A stretch of DNA of 38,737 bases from Chiloscyllium plagiosum (taxonomy: Eukaryota): the NCBI RefSeq assembly GCF_004010195.1, contig NC_057718.1, positions 80,060,555 through 80,099,291 on the forward strand. Direction: 5' to 3'. The position numbers and the translations under genes are program-made. The notes beneath the pieces are model-generated. The model made no database searches. It was given only the letters and a program-made list of their open reading frames with translations, and was not told where the DNA came from. This document shows positions 1-12,705 of this stretch, piece after piece (position 1 is the stretch's first letter; each line of letters opens with the position of its first letter).

Positions 1-470
1 ATTATCTCAGTCTCTGGAATAACAGTCCAGTGATAATACCACTAGGCCACCACCTCCCCATAATAGTGTTGGTACTAATGATGATAATTAGTTGGCTCTT
101 GCCCCACTCCAGGTTCCACCTCAGGTCTGAAGAGATGTTCTTAATCATGGAACCAGGCAGACAACATAAGACTTTGGGACTCAGAAAGCAGGATCTATAT
201 CCCCAGTTATATTGCCCCACACCAGAATAAAATTCCTATTTCCTTCCTGAACATGTACGGATCCCTATACCACAATGTCATGGTCAGTTTCCTCATCTTC
301 CCTCTCATCCACACAGCCTGTGAGAACATCATAACTGTTGGACAACTGCAGAGACTGAAGCTCCTCAAGCGCTATTCCTAGGGCCTCTATACTGGCCTCA
401 CTTGGAGTCATACCCACCTGTCTTTAATGATTAGATCACTTAAATTGCTTACAATGAAGGGTGTGACCAC
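1..470 (-). mobile_element. CR1 LINE ORF1 (esterase) fragment, decayed, cut by the window edge
   Basis: Minus ORF 2..220 has CCLPGSMIKNIS...IIIISTNTI, resembling the ORF1 esterase segment (VCCLP...VVLVHIGSNDI) of the CR1 at 11180-15900. Confidence 0.7.
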
Positions 471-737
471 TATTTTAATAAGAAATTTTCTCATTGATAA
501 AAATGTATTCACTACATTTAGCTTAATTCATACCCACACATAAACAAACCCTGGAATTCATTGCCCCACTTCATGGAGCGTAAAGCCAGTTGGAGCTCTC
601 AAGAAAACTGAAATGTCAGGTAACCCAACTCTGGTAATTAAAGGTTGTGAAATCAGTCATGAAACATGCAGGTCTTAAGTCAACAGACAGTGTTATACCA
701 ATTCTGACTTTTATTAACATTTCAGACAGTTTATTTT

Positions 738-995
738 TAAACAAAAACAGAAATTTCTGGAGGAAGTAAGCAGATCTGGCAGCATTTGTGGACAGAAAAC
801 AGAGTTAAGTTTTTGGGTCCAGTGACCCATCTTCAGAATTGTGACAGAATTGAAAAAAAATTTTTATCTTGATGACAGGGGGTGGTGGAAAAAGGAGTGA
901 GCACATCGATGGAGACAGAGCCCAGAGACAGAGTGAGGAAAGAAAGTCAAATACTAGTTTTTCGTAGATGCTGAGTTCTGAAGAAGGATCACTGG
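738..995 (-). mobile_element. Penelope-like element terminus fragment (family B) with decayed hammerhead motif
   Basis: Similar to the terminus at 29580-29800. Minus strand 802-840 reads CTGAAGA-T-GGGTC-ACTG-GACCC-AAAAAC-TT-AACTC; a partial inverted copy GAGTTCTGAAGAAGGATCACTGG lies at 973-995. Confidence 0.75.
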
Positions 996-999
996 TAAT

Positions 1000-1380
1000 G
1001 GTAATTGCTGCTAGGTTAAAATTTTATTCTAAATTGAAGATTAATTGATCTTGGTCAACTAGACATATTAAAGGACAAATGGAAAAGACAGAGATATAGT
1101 AATACGGGTTCAACCACAAATCAGGTCAGGCAGCATCCAAGGAACAGGAGAATCGATGTTTCGGGCATAAGCCCTTCCTTAGGAGGCTTATGCCCGAAAC
1201 GTCGATTCTCCTGTTCCTTGGATGCTGCCTGACCTGCTGCGCTTTTCCAGCAACACATTTTCAGCTCTGATCTCCAGCATCTGCAGTCCTCACTTTCTCC
1301 TCAACCACAAATCAGCCAGGATTTCATTTAATGGTGGAATATGCTTTAAGACCAAAATGACCGTATCCTGTTCCTGAGGT
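1000..1380 (+). mobile_element. Old CR1 3' end fragment, interrupted by a fold-back insertion
   Basis: atcagccaggatttcatttaatgg...cctgttcct resembles the CR1 3' end at 6089-6165. Confidence 0.6.
1125..1300 (+). mobile_element. Mini fold-back PLE-terminus insertion 1 (family A)
   Basis: 52-nt inverted arms 1122-1173 and 1185-1236 (1 mismatch); 15-bp TSD TCAACCACAAATCAG at 1110-1124 and 1301-1315. Confidence 0.9.
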
Positions 1381-2686
1381 GATTGGGGCTTATAGCTGTG
1401 CTTTTACAATCTGGCATTTCCATGTTGCCTTGCTTCTCCGGAAGTAGCCCTAACTGGCATTCAACGATTATCTCACGACAACTGACAACTTCTTGGAGAT
1501 TTTGTATTCAATCTTTTGTGGCACCCATTGATGTAAATCATCCAGCCACATGGATTTACATAATTTTAACTCTTTTTACTTTTATTCGAGCCTGAGAATT
1601 TTATGCAATCACACCAGAGTCACTAGCTGACATACAAATCTTTCTATTAGGCTGCATGCTAATATAATAACTATTTTCTGAACTAATCAGGCAGCGAGTT
1701 AACTTTTTTTAGTTCATCAACAATTTTCATTCTGTATTCTTAAGGGACTCTTCTTTCTTGACAATATTCCTGTTGTCATATGCTGGAAGAATTTCTTGCT
1801 GTAACATTTAGTATGTAGGTCTATGTTCATTTCTAGATCTCCATTTGCATTAATGACTGCCACTTCTTATTTTTTTTGTAAGTTTAAATTCTGTCATGCT
1901 GGAGGGAATTAAATATGTAACCATCACAAATGCCTACATAGTATGAAGAAGCAAACTGTGTGATGTGAGTTGATGGAATTTAAGTAAAAGCTGCCTTAAA
2001 GAAGTGATGCACTTCCTGACCTACCAGAATGCCCCTTCCACTGGGACACATAGCTGAACGGCATTGGGGAGTGAACAAATGGTTCTCACTGCAATTTGCA
2101 TGAATAGCACAGTAACAATCAGATAATTAGACATTTTTTCTGACAGTTAATTAAGACAAAAGGAGACAACTATTCCCAGAATACAACAGCTATTAGCGAG
2201 CACTTCTCTTCTGATTGAATCTCAAAGCTGGCCTTTAAGGTGAAAATGGCATTATTCTCATCAGCACTTTAAACATCAAGTAAAGGAGATTTTGTCCCTT
2301 GGTCCTTGAACACAATAAATCTACCATTTGTATTTTGTATCCTCTGAACTGCGCGTAATTTATCACTTTATTGAAAAGGTTCCATTATGCTAATGTTTTA
2401 CAAAAATCACTTGATCTTCTATGAGGTCAAAAGGCCATTTTTCTATGCATATGTTTGACTATGACTGATTTCTAATGTCACTGAAAGCAATACAAAAAAT
2501 ATAATGAAGATTATTCCCACATAGAGAAGTGTAAGAGAAAGAAAAGCATTAAGAGACCTCAGCGACAGTGCATTTAGAAAAAAAACTTAAGTCTATGCAA
2601 ATTCTGAAAGAAAAAAAGTCATAAAATAACAATATGAAAGCAATTAACTATTTTTAACAATGACCTTTATTGGTTCAGAGCACACA

Positions 2687-5040
2687 GAATCATGGAGTAA
2701 TAGAATTATACAGCACAGAAGGAGGCCATTAAGTCCAACATGCCTGTGTCAGCTTTTTGAATAAACTACCAATAATCCCATTCCACTGCTCTTTACCCAG
2801 AGCCCTGCAACCTTTTTTCACTTCAAATACATATATGATTTTCTTTAGAAAATAATTACTAAATTTCCTTCCACCACTCTTTCAAATCAGATCATTACAA
2901 ATCAATGTGTAAATTATTTTTCTTCATGTTACCTTTGATTCTTTACCTTAAATATGTATCTATTTGTTACCAAACTTTCTGTATTGAAAGTTTTTCTCCT
3001 TATTTACCCTATCAGAGTCTTTCAAGATTTTGAACAATTTTATTAAACCTCCCCTTAACATAATCCAAATGAAAGAAAGCAATACTAGTTTTTCTAATGT
3101 CTAAATCATGATTGAAGTCATTCTTTCCTGGTACCATGGTAACAAATCTCTTCTGCACTCTCTCAAAGCCTTGACATTCCCCCTAAAACGTAGTACCCAG
3201 AATCTGCCATAATATACCGGTTGAAGTCAAAATGTATTTTTTTTAAAGATCAAGAACATTGTTCTTGTTTGATTTTTAAGTCTACTTTTTATGAAATCAA
3301 GGATCCGGTAAGACTTTTTAAAAGCCTGCACAACTTGCCTTGCTACCTTCAAAGATTGCTTTATACATTCCCAGGACTCTCAGTTTCTCCAGCCCCTTTA
3401 AAAGTCTACTTTTTAGCTTTTTTTTCTCCTTATTCTTTCTTGAATCACCTTCCATTTCTTTACATTAAATTTCATCTGCTATGCATATTTCCCATGTCAC
3501 CACTCTATGTCCTTCTCTTTCTCAGTTTGCATCATCGGCAAAGTTTAAAATTATGGCCTTTAAGTGAAAATCCAAGTCACCATACATACTATTAGCAATA
3601 GCCTCAAAACCAACCTCATTACACATTTGCCTCCAGTCTGAAAAATAACCATCAACCAATATTCATTACTTCCTGACCTTTAAGCATTTCATTCCATGCA
3701 TTTCAATTACTTTAACTATTTACAATATGCACAATCAATATTTTTAAAAACTCTGTATATTCATCTGTTGCATTATACTCAAACAGACCTCTCCATTACT
3801 TCATCAAAGAACCCAGTCAGGTTGGGCAAACATAATTTGTTTTTAAGAATCCAAACTGGCTTTCATTTATTAACCCATTTTTACAAGACCAGTTGAACAT
3901 TCCTGAATTCACCAAACCTCCAGTACCACTTGATAAAGCTAAAATGAGATGAATGATTGTGGCTAGATCATCTGCAATTTCCACTCTTGCTGCCCTTAGC
4001 AAACTAGACTGCATCATCTCAAGACCAGATGCCTTTCAATTGTTAATTTTATCTGCATTATCCATTTTCATTAATGAAAGCAGATGTAAAGTATTAGTTT
4101 TATACCACAAAAACATCTAAATAATTTTCATAGTCTTTAATCGATTCCTTCATTCTTTTGACTACCTTTTTACTATTTGTCCATTTCTAAATGTGTAAAT
4201 GTATGGATCTAAGATGATGGCAGAGTAGGACGCTTCAGCAGAGGTTGTCTGATCCATCTGTTTCTTTCCCTTTTATTTCTCACATGATAGTCTTTCAGCG
4301 GCTTATGTGGTGTTTTGCCCTGATCTCTCAGCAATACTTGGTGGTCTGTTGGCAGTTGATGGTGGTCCCTCAGCCCAGTCTCTTGGTTTGGCATGGCAGT
4401 ACCTTGGCATGTGAGTGGGTCCTAGAAGCAGCAAGAGGAGATCGGGGAGGTGGCAGCTTCAGTGGAAGCAGCAGCAGCAGCAATGGCATTGCAACCCCAA
4501 TCGACAAGAACAAGCATTGAGGGAGGTCCCCCAGTATCTGTGGCGGTGATATCGAGAACAGACAGCTGAAGTTTCCCAGACAGTGAGATAAGTGGAGGTT
4601 TCATCTAAGACTACTGAGTTTTTAAATTAACAAAGTTTTTAACTTTGTTTTCTAGTTTAAACTAAGAAAGACTTTAGCGTTAACTATTGCCTTACTTCTT
4701 TATTTTTCTACTTGTTTTTTGAAGGCAATGCTTAACTATTTAACTCTGTTCTCTTACTACTTTGTACCTAAGTTTATTGTACCTAGGGATCTTTTATGTA
4801 AGATGGTGCCTTTTGTGGTGACATTATACACTTTTCAGCATACTCCTGTACTTCTGTTCTCAAATACACTTCACAATAAAAGCTAAAAGACTTTGTCTTT
4901 CTTTTGATGTTACTCATTTTCTGTTCTCATTCACTCTTTTTGCCCTATTTTCCAGTTCTGTCAGTACTTTTTGAAATTACCTGATTCTTTCCAATGAATT
5001 ATGAAGCTAATATTTAATATAATCCTCCTGTTTTATTTTA
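2687..5040 (-). mobile_element. Old CR1 LINE (3' end and ORF2 remnant), interrupted at about 4200-4886
   Basis: Starts with agaatcatggagtaatagaattatacagcacagaaggaggcc, like the CR1 tail at 24631. Minus ORF 3817..4017 LLRAARVEIADDLATI matches CR1 ORF2 RLLREAQEEIAGALADI. Confidence 0.75.
4205..4886 (+). mobile_element. Non-autonomous SINE-like insertion with LINE-type 3' tail
   Basis: GC-richer 5' half, T-rich middle, ends ...cacttcacaataaaagctaaa. It splits an otherwise continuous CR1 remnant. Family not identified. Confidence 0.5.
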
Positions 5041-5829
5041 ATTTAATCCCAGGAAGTTAATTTGAATACTTCCTGAAAACGGGTGTGGAGATCAGAGTAC
5101 ATAATTATTCTGAAACTGCACATTGCATTGCAAGCAATGCATCAATATTTTGCTGCCCACTGTTTTACATTGTTTTTGTTTGCAACCGATGTTACCTGCA
5201 CTGATCAATGGATTCGTGCATTTGAGGAAGAATTAATATCATAAATTGCTAGTGTTACTGAAAGACAACTTGGTCTTGTTAAAGATAAGGTGCATTGTGG
5301 TGACAGAAAGTCACAGTCACTGTTTTGATACTTTGAGGATTGCTGTCATGCTGCAGTAAAGAGGCTTGTACATTCTGTTGATTCAGAGAGCAAGAGTTCT
5401 CAACTGTTAGCCAGGCCATCATGATGGTATGGTCAAAGCCAATCCAAAACAAGTTCTCAATGGAGATTCTGGCAGAAGATATTAGTGTGATATCAATGGC
5501 TGCAACAGCAGATGAAGGCTGCAGCAGTGGGGAGGTCCCCAGTCATTGAAGTCTTCCTTGCCAGGAAGCTGGATCTACTTTCTGTCAAGGACTCTGTCTG
5601 ATGATATGCAAGAGCATTCTCACATTAAAAGCATAGGGCGTTTACCTAGAGGAGACCAGTTCCACCCCTCACAAACATCTAACAAATATGTGGTCAGAGA
5701 CATGTCTCTAGATAGGGCTAATCAACCACACAAGGACCCACAGAACCCATTACCAGTTACATGGAATTTCCTCGGTGGACTTTTAGTAAGTGATTGCTGA
5801 CAACAACTTTGAGAAATGGCTGAACATGT

Positions 5830-6165
5830 AACATAGTATGTTACAAGAGTTTTTGATTATATTCTGAAGGCTTTAATGCAAGAGCTAAAGAGAAACAGAG
5901 TTTTCCTATATCTAATTGAGGACACTGAGTCACAAACTCAGGAATTAGTAGGATGAAGTAACAATGGAGATTTACAGCTGTTGATGCTAGATCAGTTGTT
6001 AATTTTAAATTTGAGTCAGATAAACCTTTGTTAAGCAAAGGTATTAAGGGATATGGGCCAAAGGCAGGTACATGGAGTTGGGCCCCCGATCAGCCATTAT
6101 CTCAATAAATGGCAGAACAGACTGGAAGGGCTGAATGGCCTATTCCTGTTTCTGAGTTCCTATGT
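5830..6165 (+). mobile_element. CR1 3' end fragment
   Basis: aagggatatggg...gatcagccat...gaagggctgaatggcctattcctgttt...cctatgtt is a typical CR1 3' stem-loop/tail region. Confidence 0.7.
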
Positions 6166-6789
6166 TAACATCAGGAGTGTGGCTCCAGGCAAACTGATCC
6201 AATGCAGGAAGAAGTTTCTGAATCTGACACAAATTCTCAAGATGAGTGGTTTCAGTCTTAAAATGGGGTATCTGAATGCTAGTGCATCCACTGTTCGATT
6301 CGCTATACCCAATCATTCATATACTAACAATCTTTATCACTTCTCAACCCTTCATTTTTATCTCATCTACATGCACTTAGCCATATTCCAAGCCTCACAT
6401 CCATGCTGACAACTTGCAAGATTGACAATTCAATCAAGACAAGCATATACCCCTTGTAAATTTATGATTATGTTAAAGTACATTTAGATGCAAGGTTATT
6501 TTCTTTTGTTGCTATGTAAGTAGCTTGATTGCCTAAGAATAAATCTTTATTTTGAAAAAGAGCAATTTTTGCATGATATTAACATATATCTTTGAGAGCC
6601 ATACATTAAACTGATGTCAATCATGATCTCCCTTAACAATATATGATGAATTATTTTGGTGACTTGTTAGACAGTCGCTGAGCAGCATTGGTAGGAGTCA
6701 GACATATTGTACTTAGCTCCTAGTGGATACTATCTGTCTACAGTTGAATCTTGGGTAGAAAAGAACATAACAGCCATGATGCCTTTCCT

Positions 6790-6907
6790 TAAGATGATTT
6801 GGAGGTGCTGGAGTGTACAAGGAGGTGCTCAAAGGAGCAGTGCTTAGAAATAGTGCTTCCAAATAAACTTGTTGGACTATAACCTGGTGTTGTGTGATTT
6901 TTAACTA
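6790..6907 (+). mobile_element. PLE family C terminus fragment
   Basis: tagtgcttccaaataaacttgttggactataacctggtgttgtgtgatttttaact is the near reverse complement of 33362-33417. Confidence 0.75.
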
Positions 6908-7034
6908 TCTTTGCAATGACTGTTATAACCACTGTGAGTCTGGCATCATATCTATGTAAGATAAGGTACAAGATAAGAATGTCAAGGGTTTTTGACTGAA
7001 GAACGTGAATGAACCAGATGGTTTAAATGATAGG

Positions 7035-8185
7035 AGACAGTAAGGACTGCAGATGATGGAAGTCAGAGGTGATAGATGTGAAGCTGGAAGGGCAGAGCAG
7101 GTCAGACAGCATCTGAGGAGCAGGAGAGTCAAAGATTCAGGCCAAAATCCTTTGTCAAGACTGGGGAGGGGAAGGGAGCCCACTTGTATATAGAGGGAAG
7201 GAGGTGGGGCTGGGAGAGGGGTAGGTGGAATGGTGGTAGGTGAAAGAAGGTTTCTTGTGATTGATCATTGGGAAAGATGAAATGGACAGGTGAGTAGGAA
7301 GATGGACAGGTGAGGACAGGTCAGGGAGGTGAAGAGGAGGGGTGAGGTTAGACATGGAATGAGGCTTGTGGAGGAGGGGTTTTGAAGCTGATGAAGTCAA
7401 ATGTTGAGGCCATTGGACTGTAAGCTTCCAGGCGAAAGATAAGGTGTTATTCCTTCAGTTTCCGTTTGGCCTAACTCTTGACAGTTGAGGAGGCCAAGGA
7501 TGGACGTGTCGACGGGGTATTGGGAGGGGGAAATTAAAGTGGATGACAACTGTAAGATCAGGTTGGTTAATGCATACTGAGTGCAAATGCTCCATGAACT
7601 GGTTCCCGAGTTTGTGTTTAGTCTCCCTGACATAGAGGAGACCAAATCAGGAGCAACGGATGCAATAGATGAGGTCGGATGACGTGTAGGTGAATTTCTA
7701 ACGGATCTGGAAGGATTATTTAGGGCCTTGAACAGAGGTAAGAGAGGAGGTGTGGGGGCAGGAGTTGTACCTCTTACTGTTGCAGAGAAAGGTATCAATT
7801 GTAGTGAAGAAGTTGGTGGGGGGTGTAGAGTTGACGATGGAGTTGCAGAGTGAGCAATCCATGTGGAAAGCAGACAGGGGTGAGGAAAGAAATGTCTTTT
7901 TAGTGGTAGGGTCTGATTGAGGTGGTATAAATGTTGGAGGATGAGACAATGGATTCGGAGGTTGATGGGGTGGTTGGTATCGTTATTGTTGTTGAGTCAA
8001 TTTCCAGAGATGGAGACAGAGAGGTACAGGAGGGGGAAGGAGGTGTCAGAAATGGTCCAGCTGAATTTGAAAGTGGGGTGGAAGGTAATGGTGAAGTTGA
8101 TGAATTGTGGGAGCATGAGGCAGCACCAATGCAGTCATCAATATAATAGAGGAAGAAGTGAGGGCTGGTGCTGGTGTAGTTGCAG
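7035..8185 (-). mobile_element. Penelope-like element (family A-related), minus arm: GIY-YIG region, 3' UTR and terminus
   Basis: Minus 7620-7680 encodes NLIYCIRCS*FGLLYVRET (GIY-YIG). Terminus aggactgcagatg...gcaggtcagacagcatctgaggagcaggag matches the mini elements. Inverted homolog of about 8890-10030. Confidence 0.85.
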
Positions 8186-8189
8186 AAGA

Positions 8190-10040
8190 GGGACTACTTC
8201 ATGAATCCTGCGAAGATAATTGCTGATAAGGGTGGCCCGGTGGTAGCATGGCGAACTGACCAATACATGGCTGAGACCAGATGCAAACTCTCTGACACCT
8301 CCACTTACCATCCCTTGACCATGACCTCTGATCACCAAGACATCATCTCCCAGACCATCAAAAACCTCACCATTTTGGGAGATCTCCCTTCTACAGCCTT
8401 CAATGTGATAGTTCCCCAACCCTGCATCATCCATTTCTATCTCCTACACAAAATCCTTAAACCAGACTGCCCCGCTCAATCCAAGTCATTACCTGCTCCT
8501 GCCCTACCAAGCTCATCTCCTCTTACCTCAACTCTGTTCTTTCCCCTTTGTATAGAAACTCCTCACCTACACTCGAGTCACAACCCACTTCCAAAACTTC
8601 AATTCCCTGGCCCCCAACATCTCATCTCTACCCTTTACACCTGCATCCTTCACAAGGAGGGCCTAAAAGCCCTTTGCTTCTTCCTCTCTTGTAGGCCCAA
8701 CTAGTGCCCCTCCACTGACACCCTTATTCGCCTGGCAGAACAGGTCCTCACCCTCAACAACTTTTTATTTTATTCCTCCTATTTCCTACAAACCAAAGGG
8801 GTAGCCATAGGCACCTGCCTGGGCCCCAGCTATTCCTATCTCTTTGTAGGATTCATGGAACAGTCTTTCTTTCGCAACTACACCAGCATCATCCTTCACT
8901 CCCTCCTTCGCTATATTGATGACTGCATCAGTGCTGCCTCATCTCCCCGTGAGGAGCTCACGTAGTTCATCAACTTCGCCAACACCTTCCACCCCACCCT
9001 CTAATTCACCTAGACCATTTCTGACATCTTATTACCCTTCCTGGACCTCTCCATCTCCATCTCTGGACATGGACTCAGCACTGATATCCATTTCAAACCC
9101 TTTACTCCCACAATTACCTCGTCAACACCTCTCGCCCACCTCCTGCAAAGATGCTACCCCATACTACCAATTCCTCCACCTCCACTGCATCAACTCCCAA
9201 GATACTCCAGGACATCGCAGATATCCTTCTACTTTACGGACCATAGTTTCCCCTCCGCAGTATTTAAGGATGCCCTCAACCATATCTCCTCCATCTCCTG
9301 CACTTCTGCCTTCAAACCCCTTGCTCCCAACAACAATGATAGAGTCCACTTAGTCCTCACATACCACCACACCAATCTCCAAAACCAATACATCATCCCA
9401 TGATATCATCCCATGACAGTTCTGCCAGCTACAATCAGACCCCACCACCAAAACGATATTTCCTTCCCCACCCCTGTCTGCTTTTCACAGTGACTGTTCA
9501 CTCTGAGACTCCCTCATCAACTCTACAATGCCCACCAAATTCTCTTCCACACAGTACCTTTCCCTGCAACTGCAAGAGGTGCAACTCCTGCCCCTACACC
9601 TCCTCCCTCACCTTCGTCCAAGGCCCTAAGCAACCTTTCCAGATCTAACAGAGATTCACCTGTACGTCATCCAACTTCATCTATTGCATCCGTTGCACCC
9701 GATGTGGTCTCCTCTATATCGGGGAGACCAAATGCAGACTTGGGGACCAGTTCACAGAGCAACTGCACTCAATACGCATTAACCAACCTGACCTTCCGGT
9801 TGCCATTCATTTCAATTCCCCCCTACCTTCCAACCCCCAGTCATCCTTGGCCTCCTCCATTGTCAGAGTGAGGCCAAACAGAATGGAGGAACAAAACCTT
9901 ATCTTTCGCCTGGGAAGCTTATAGTCCAATGGCCTCAACATTTGACTTCATCAGCTTCAAAATCCCTCCTCACTAAGCCTTATCCCATATCTAACCTCAC
10001 CCCTCCTCCTCACCTCCCTAACCTGTCCATGTTCCTACAT
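8190..10040 (+). mobile_element. Penelope-like element (family A-related), plus arm: RT + GIY-YIG, pseudogenised
   Basis: ADKGGPVV, GVAIGT, RYIDDC (YIDD 8912-8923), CNCKRCNSCPY and SNFIYCIRCTRCGLLYIGET (9670-9729); many frameshifts and stops. Confidence 0.9.
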
Positions 10041-10720
10041 TTGAGAGAGGGTGCTTGTGGGGTGTGAATGTGGGGGCATATCTGTGAGCGTATGAGAGAG
10101 AGCTTGTGTATGAGAGAGGGTCTGCGTGGGTGTATGGGTCTGTAGGAGTGCATGTGTGTGTATATATATGTGTATGTGTGAGAGAGAGACAGAGAGAGCA
10201 AGAGAGAGAGAGAGAGTATAGTGCAGTGAGGTCACCTGAACCCAAGGTCCCGGTTGAGGCCAGCCCCATGGGTACTGAACTTGGCTGTCAGCCTCTGCTC
10301 GGCCACTTTGCGTTGTTGCCTGTCCTGTAGTCTGCCTTGGAGGATGGTCACCTGAAGGTCCAAGGCTGAATGTCCCTGACCACTGAGGAGTTCCCCGACT
10401 GGGAGGGATCATGTCTTGTTCTTGATGTGCATGTTGTAGTTTGGTGTAGTTTTGGTGTAGTGCTTGGTGTAGTTTTGCTGCTTTGCCTGTTTGGCAATGT
10501 CACGTAACTGTACTGCTGCATCCTGGGTGCAAGCTGAGAGTGTGGACTCCATCTTGATTTCATGGTTGTGGCGCCTGCTATAGAGTTGGTGCACAAAATG
10601 ATTTAGGAGTTTGCAAGAGTTTAGGTGGCAAAGTTTCTCCACATACTCTATGTTGTAGGTTGATTTGAATGGGCTCGTGATCTGTAATCCTTTTTTCTGT
10701 GTCATTTTGCCAATCAAGGT
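10041..10720 (-). mobile_element. PLE family C inverted arm (N-terminal ORF piece fused to the GIY-YIG C-terminus and microsatellite-rich 3' UTR)
   Basis: ORF 10409..10717 ends ...YNMHIKNK, overlapping the start of the plus arm (NYTIYMHTKNK). 10090-10220 resembles the 3' UTR at 33985-34050. Confidence 0.75.
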
Positions 10721-11182
10721 GACAAACTACACCATTTACATGCACACCAAGAACAAGAACTGGAGAAACTTGGCATCAAGACCAGCAGTAGCCAAGACCC
10801 CGGCACCACAGTGGAAAATGTTATCACCACGGGGAAATCAATCGTCAACTTAGTAGATCACACCCTTCAACTGGAAGAGATTGAAGTTCTTAGCACGGGG
10901 CTCAATTTCTGGTACCCATGGATCTTGCAGCAGACACAGAGGAATTCATCAGATGAATGAGACTCTGGGAATTCTTTCAAGATGCCAGCAGTGATCCCAA
11001 TGAGCCCACCGACGAACTGGAACAGTCATCACAGAGATCCGTAGAGGAGCGACCAAAGAAGAAGTCAACGTGGACCCCACCAGAGGGCTGCTGACCTGGG
11101 CTTGACATGTGTGCTGAAACTGTCAGGAAATATATAAATGCCAGATTCATCAGCCGCACCCACAAGGTAAAGCAAAACAAGG

Positions 11183-11540
11183 TAGGCCTCCATTCTGACA
11201 GAGCGGTTAGGAGAGAAGGTAGAGAGAAGCGAGGGCTGTTGGGAAGGGTAAGTTTTCCCACTTAAAAAAAGAATTACCTCAGGAGTTGGGCCTCCATTTT
11301 GACAGAGCGGCAAGGAGAGAAGCGAGCGCTGCCGGGAAGGGTAAGTTTTCCCACTTAAAAAGGGACTTACCTCAGGAGTCGGGTCTCCATATTGACAGAG
11401 CAGCGACGAGAGGTGGAGAGAAGCAAGGGTTGCTGGGAAGGGACTTACCTTGGGAGTCAGGCCTCCATTTTGACAGAGTGGCGAGGAGAGAAGATGGAGA
11501 GAAGCGAGGGCTGCCGGGAAGGATAAGTTTTCCCATTTTT
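11183..11540 (+). repeat. Tandem array of about four 80-100 bp monomers in the CR1 5' UTR
   Basis: Unit ggcctccattttgacagagcggcgaggagag...gaagcgagggctgccgggaagg starts near 11185, 11288, 11381 and 11460. Confidence 0.9.
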
Positions 11541-11768
11541 TCCTGTCTGGGAGCAGCGGGAGACACAGCGGAAGTGGAGACCAAGAGAGTGCCGGGAAGG
11601 TAAGGACTTAGTATATATTTGGGCTGCGGCTAAACCCGAGATCCCTCCCGCTCATCTCCTCTAACCAGAAGAAAAAGATTCTGTAAGGTAAAGCGTTTTT
11701 TTATCTTTCTTTTTCATATTTAAGTGCATTGTTTGGTTGTAGTTAGTTATTATAAAGGTAGGCTTACA

Positions 11769-12705
11769 ATGGCAGGGGCCTTCAGACCCGTGGCGTGTGC
11801 CTCTTGCTTGATGTGGGAGCTTAGGAATGTTGCTGACGTTCCTGACTCTTACACTTGCAAGACGTGTGTCCAGCTGCAGCTGTTGTTTGACCGCATGACA
11901 GCTCTGGAGCTGTGGATGGACTCATAGTGGAGCATCTGCGATGCTGAGGAGGTCGTGGATAGCACGTTTAGTGAATTGTTCACACCACAGGTTAGAATTG
12001 CTGAGGGAGATTGTGAATGGGTGACCAAAAGGCAGAAAAAGAGTAAGAAGGCAGTGCAGGTGTCCCCTGCGGTCATCTCCCTCTAAAACAGGTATACTGT
12101 TTTAGATACTGTTGGGGGAGATGGCTCACCAGGGGAGGGCAGCAGTTGCCAATATCATGGCACTGTGGCAGGCACTGCTGTTCAGAAAGGTGGGAAAAAG
12201 ACTCGTAGGGCCATAGTCATTAGGGATTATATTGAAAGAAGAATAGACAGGCGGTTCTGTGGCCAAAAATGGGACTCCTGGATGGTGTGTTGCCTCCCAC
12301 TTGGGTCAGGGATGTCACCGATTGGCTGCAGAGCATTCTTAAAGGGAAGGGTGAACAGCCAGTTGTCTTGGTGCATATAGGCAGCAACGATATAAGTAAA
12401 AAACGAGATAAGGTCCTGAAAGAAGAATTCAGGGAACTAGGAGAGAAGTTAAAGAGGGTAAAGAAGGTAGTGATCTCAGGACTACTAACAGTGCCACATG
12501 CTAGCCAGCGGAGAAATGAAAAAATAGGCAGGAAGAACATGTGGCTTGAGGGATGGTGTATGAGGGAGGGGTTCAGGTTTGTTGGACATTGGGACCAGTT
12601 CTGAGGAAGGTGGGACTATTACAAAATGGATTGTCTACATCTGAACCAGACCGGAACCAATGTCCTTGGGAGAGTTTTTGCTACTGCTGCTGGGGAGATT
12701 TTAAA
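11769..12705 (+). pseudogene. CR1 ORF1: CxxC...CxxC zinc finger, coiled coil, SGNH-type esterase
   Basis: ATG at 11769; CASCLMW...YTCKTC, VVLVHIGSNDI, DCLHLN; stops and frameshifts. Confidence 0.85.

Noticed and set aside
1590..1800. Possible minus-strand terminal exon
   Set aside because: Weak acceptor, short frames and no recognisable peptide.
5340..5820. Coding-like stretch, possibly a Harbinger accessory ORF
   Set aside because: No recognisable motif or convincing splice sites.
11183..11540. CRISPR-like array
   Set aside because: Units are contiguous degenerate monomers without unique spacers; there are no cas genes and the context is a eukaryotic LINE 5' UTR.
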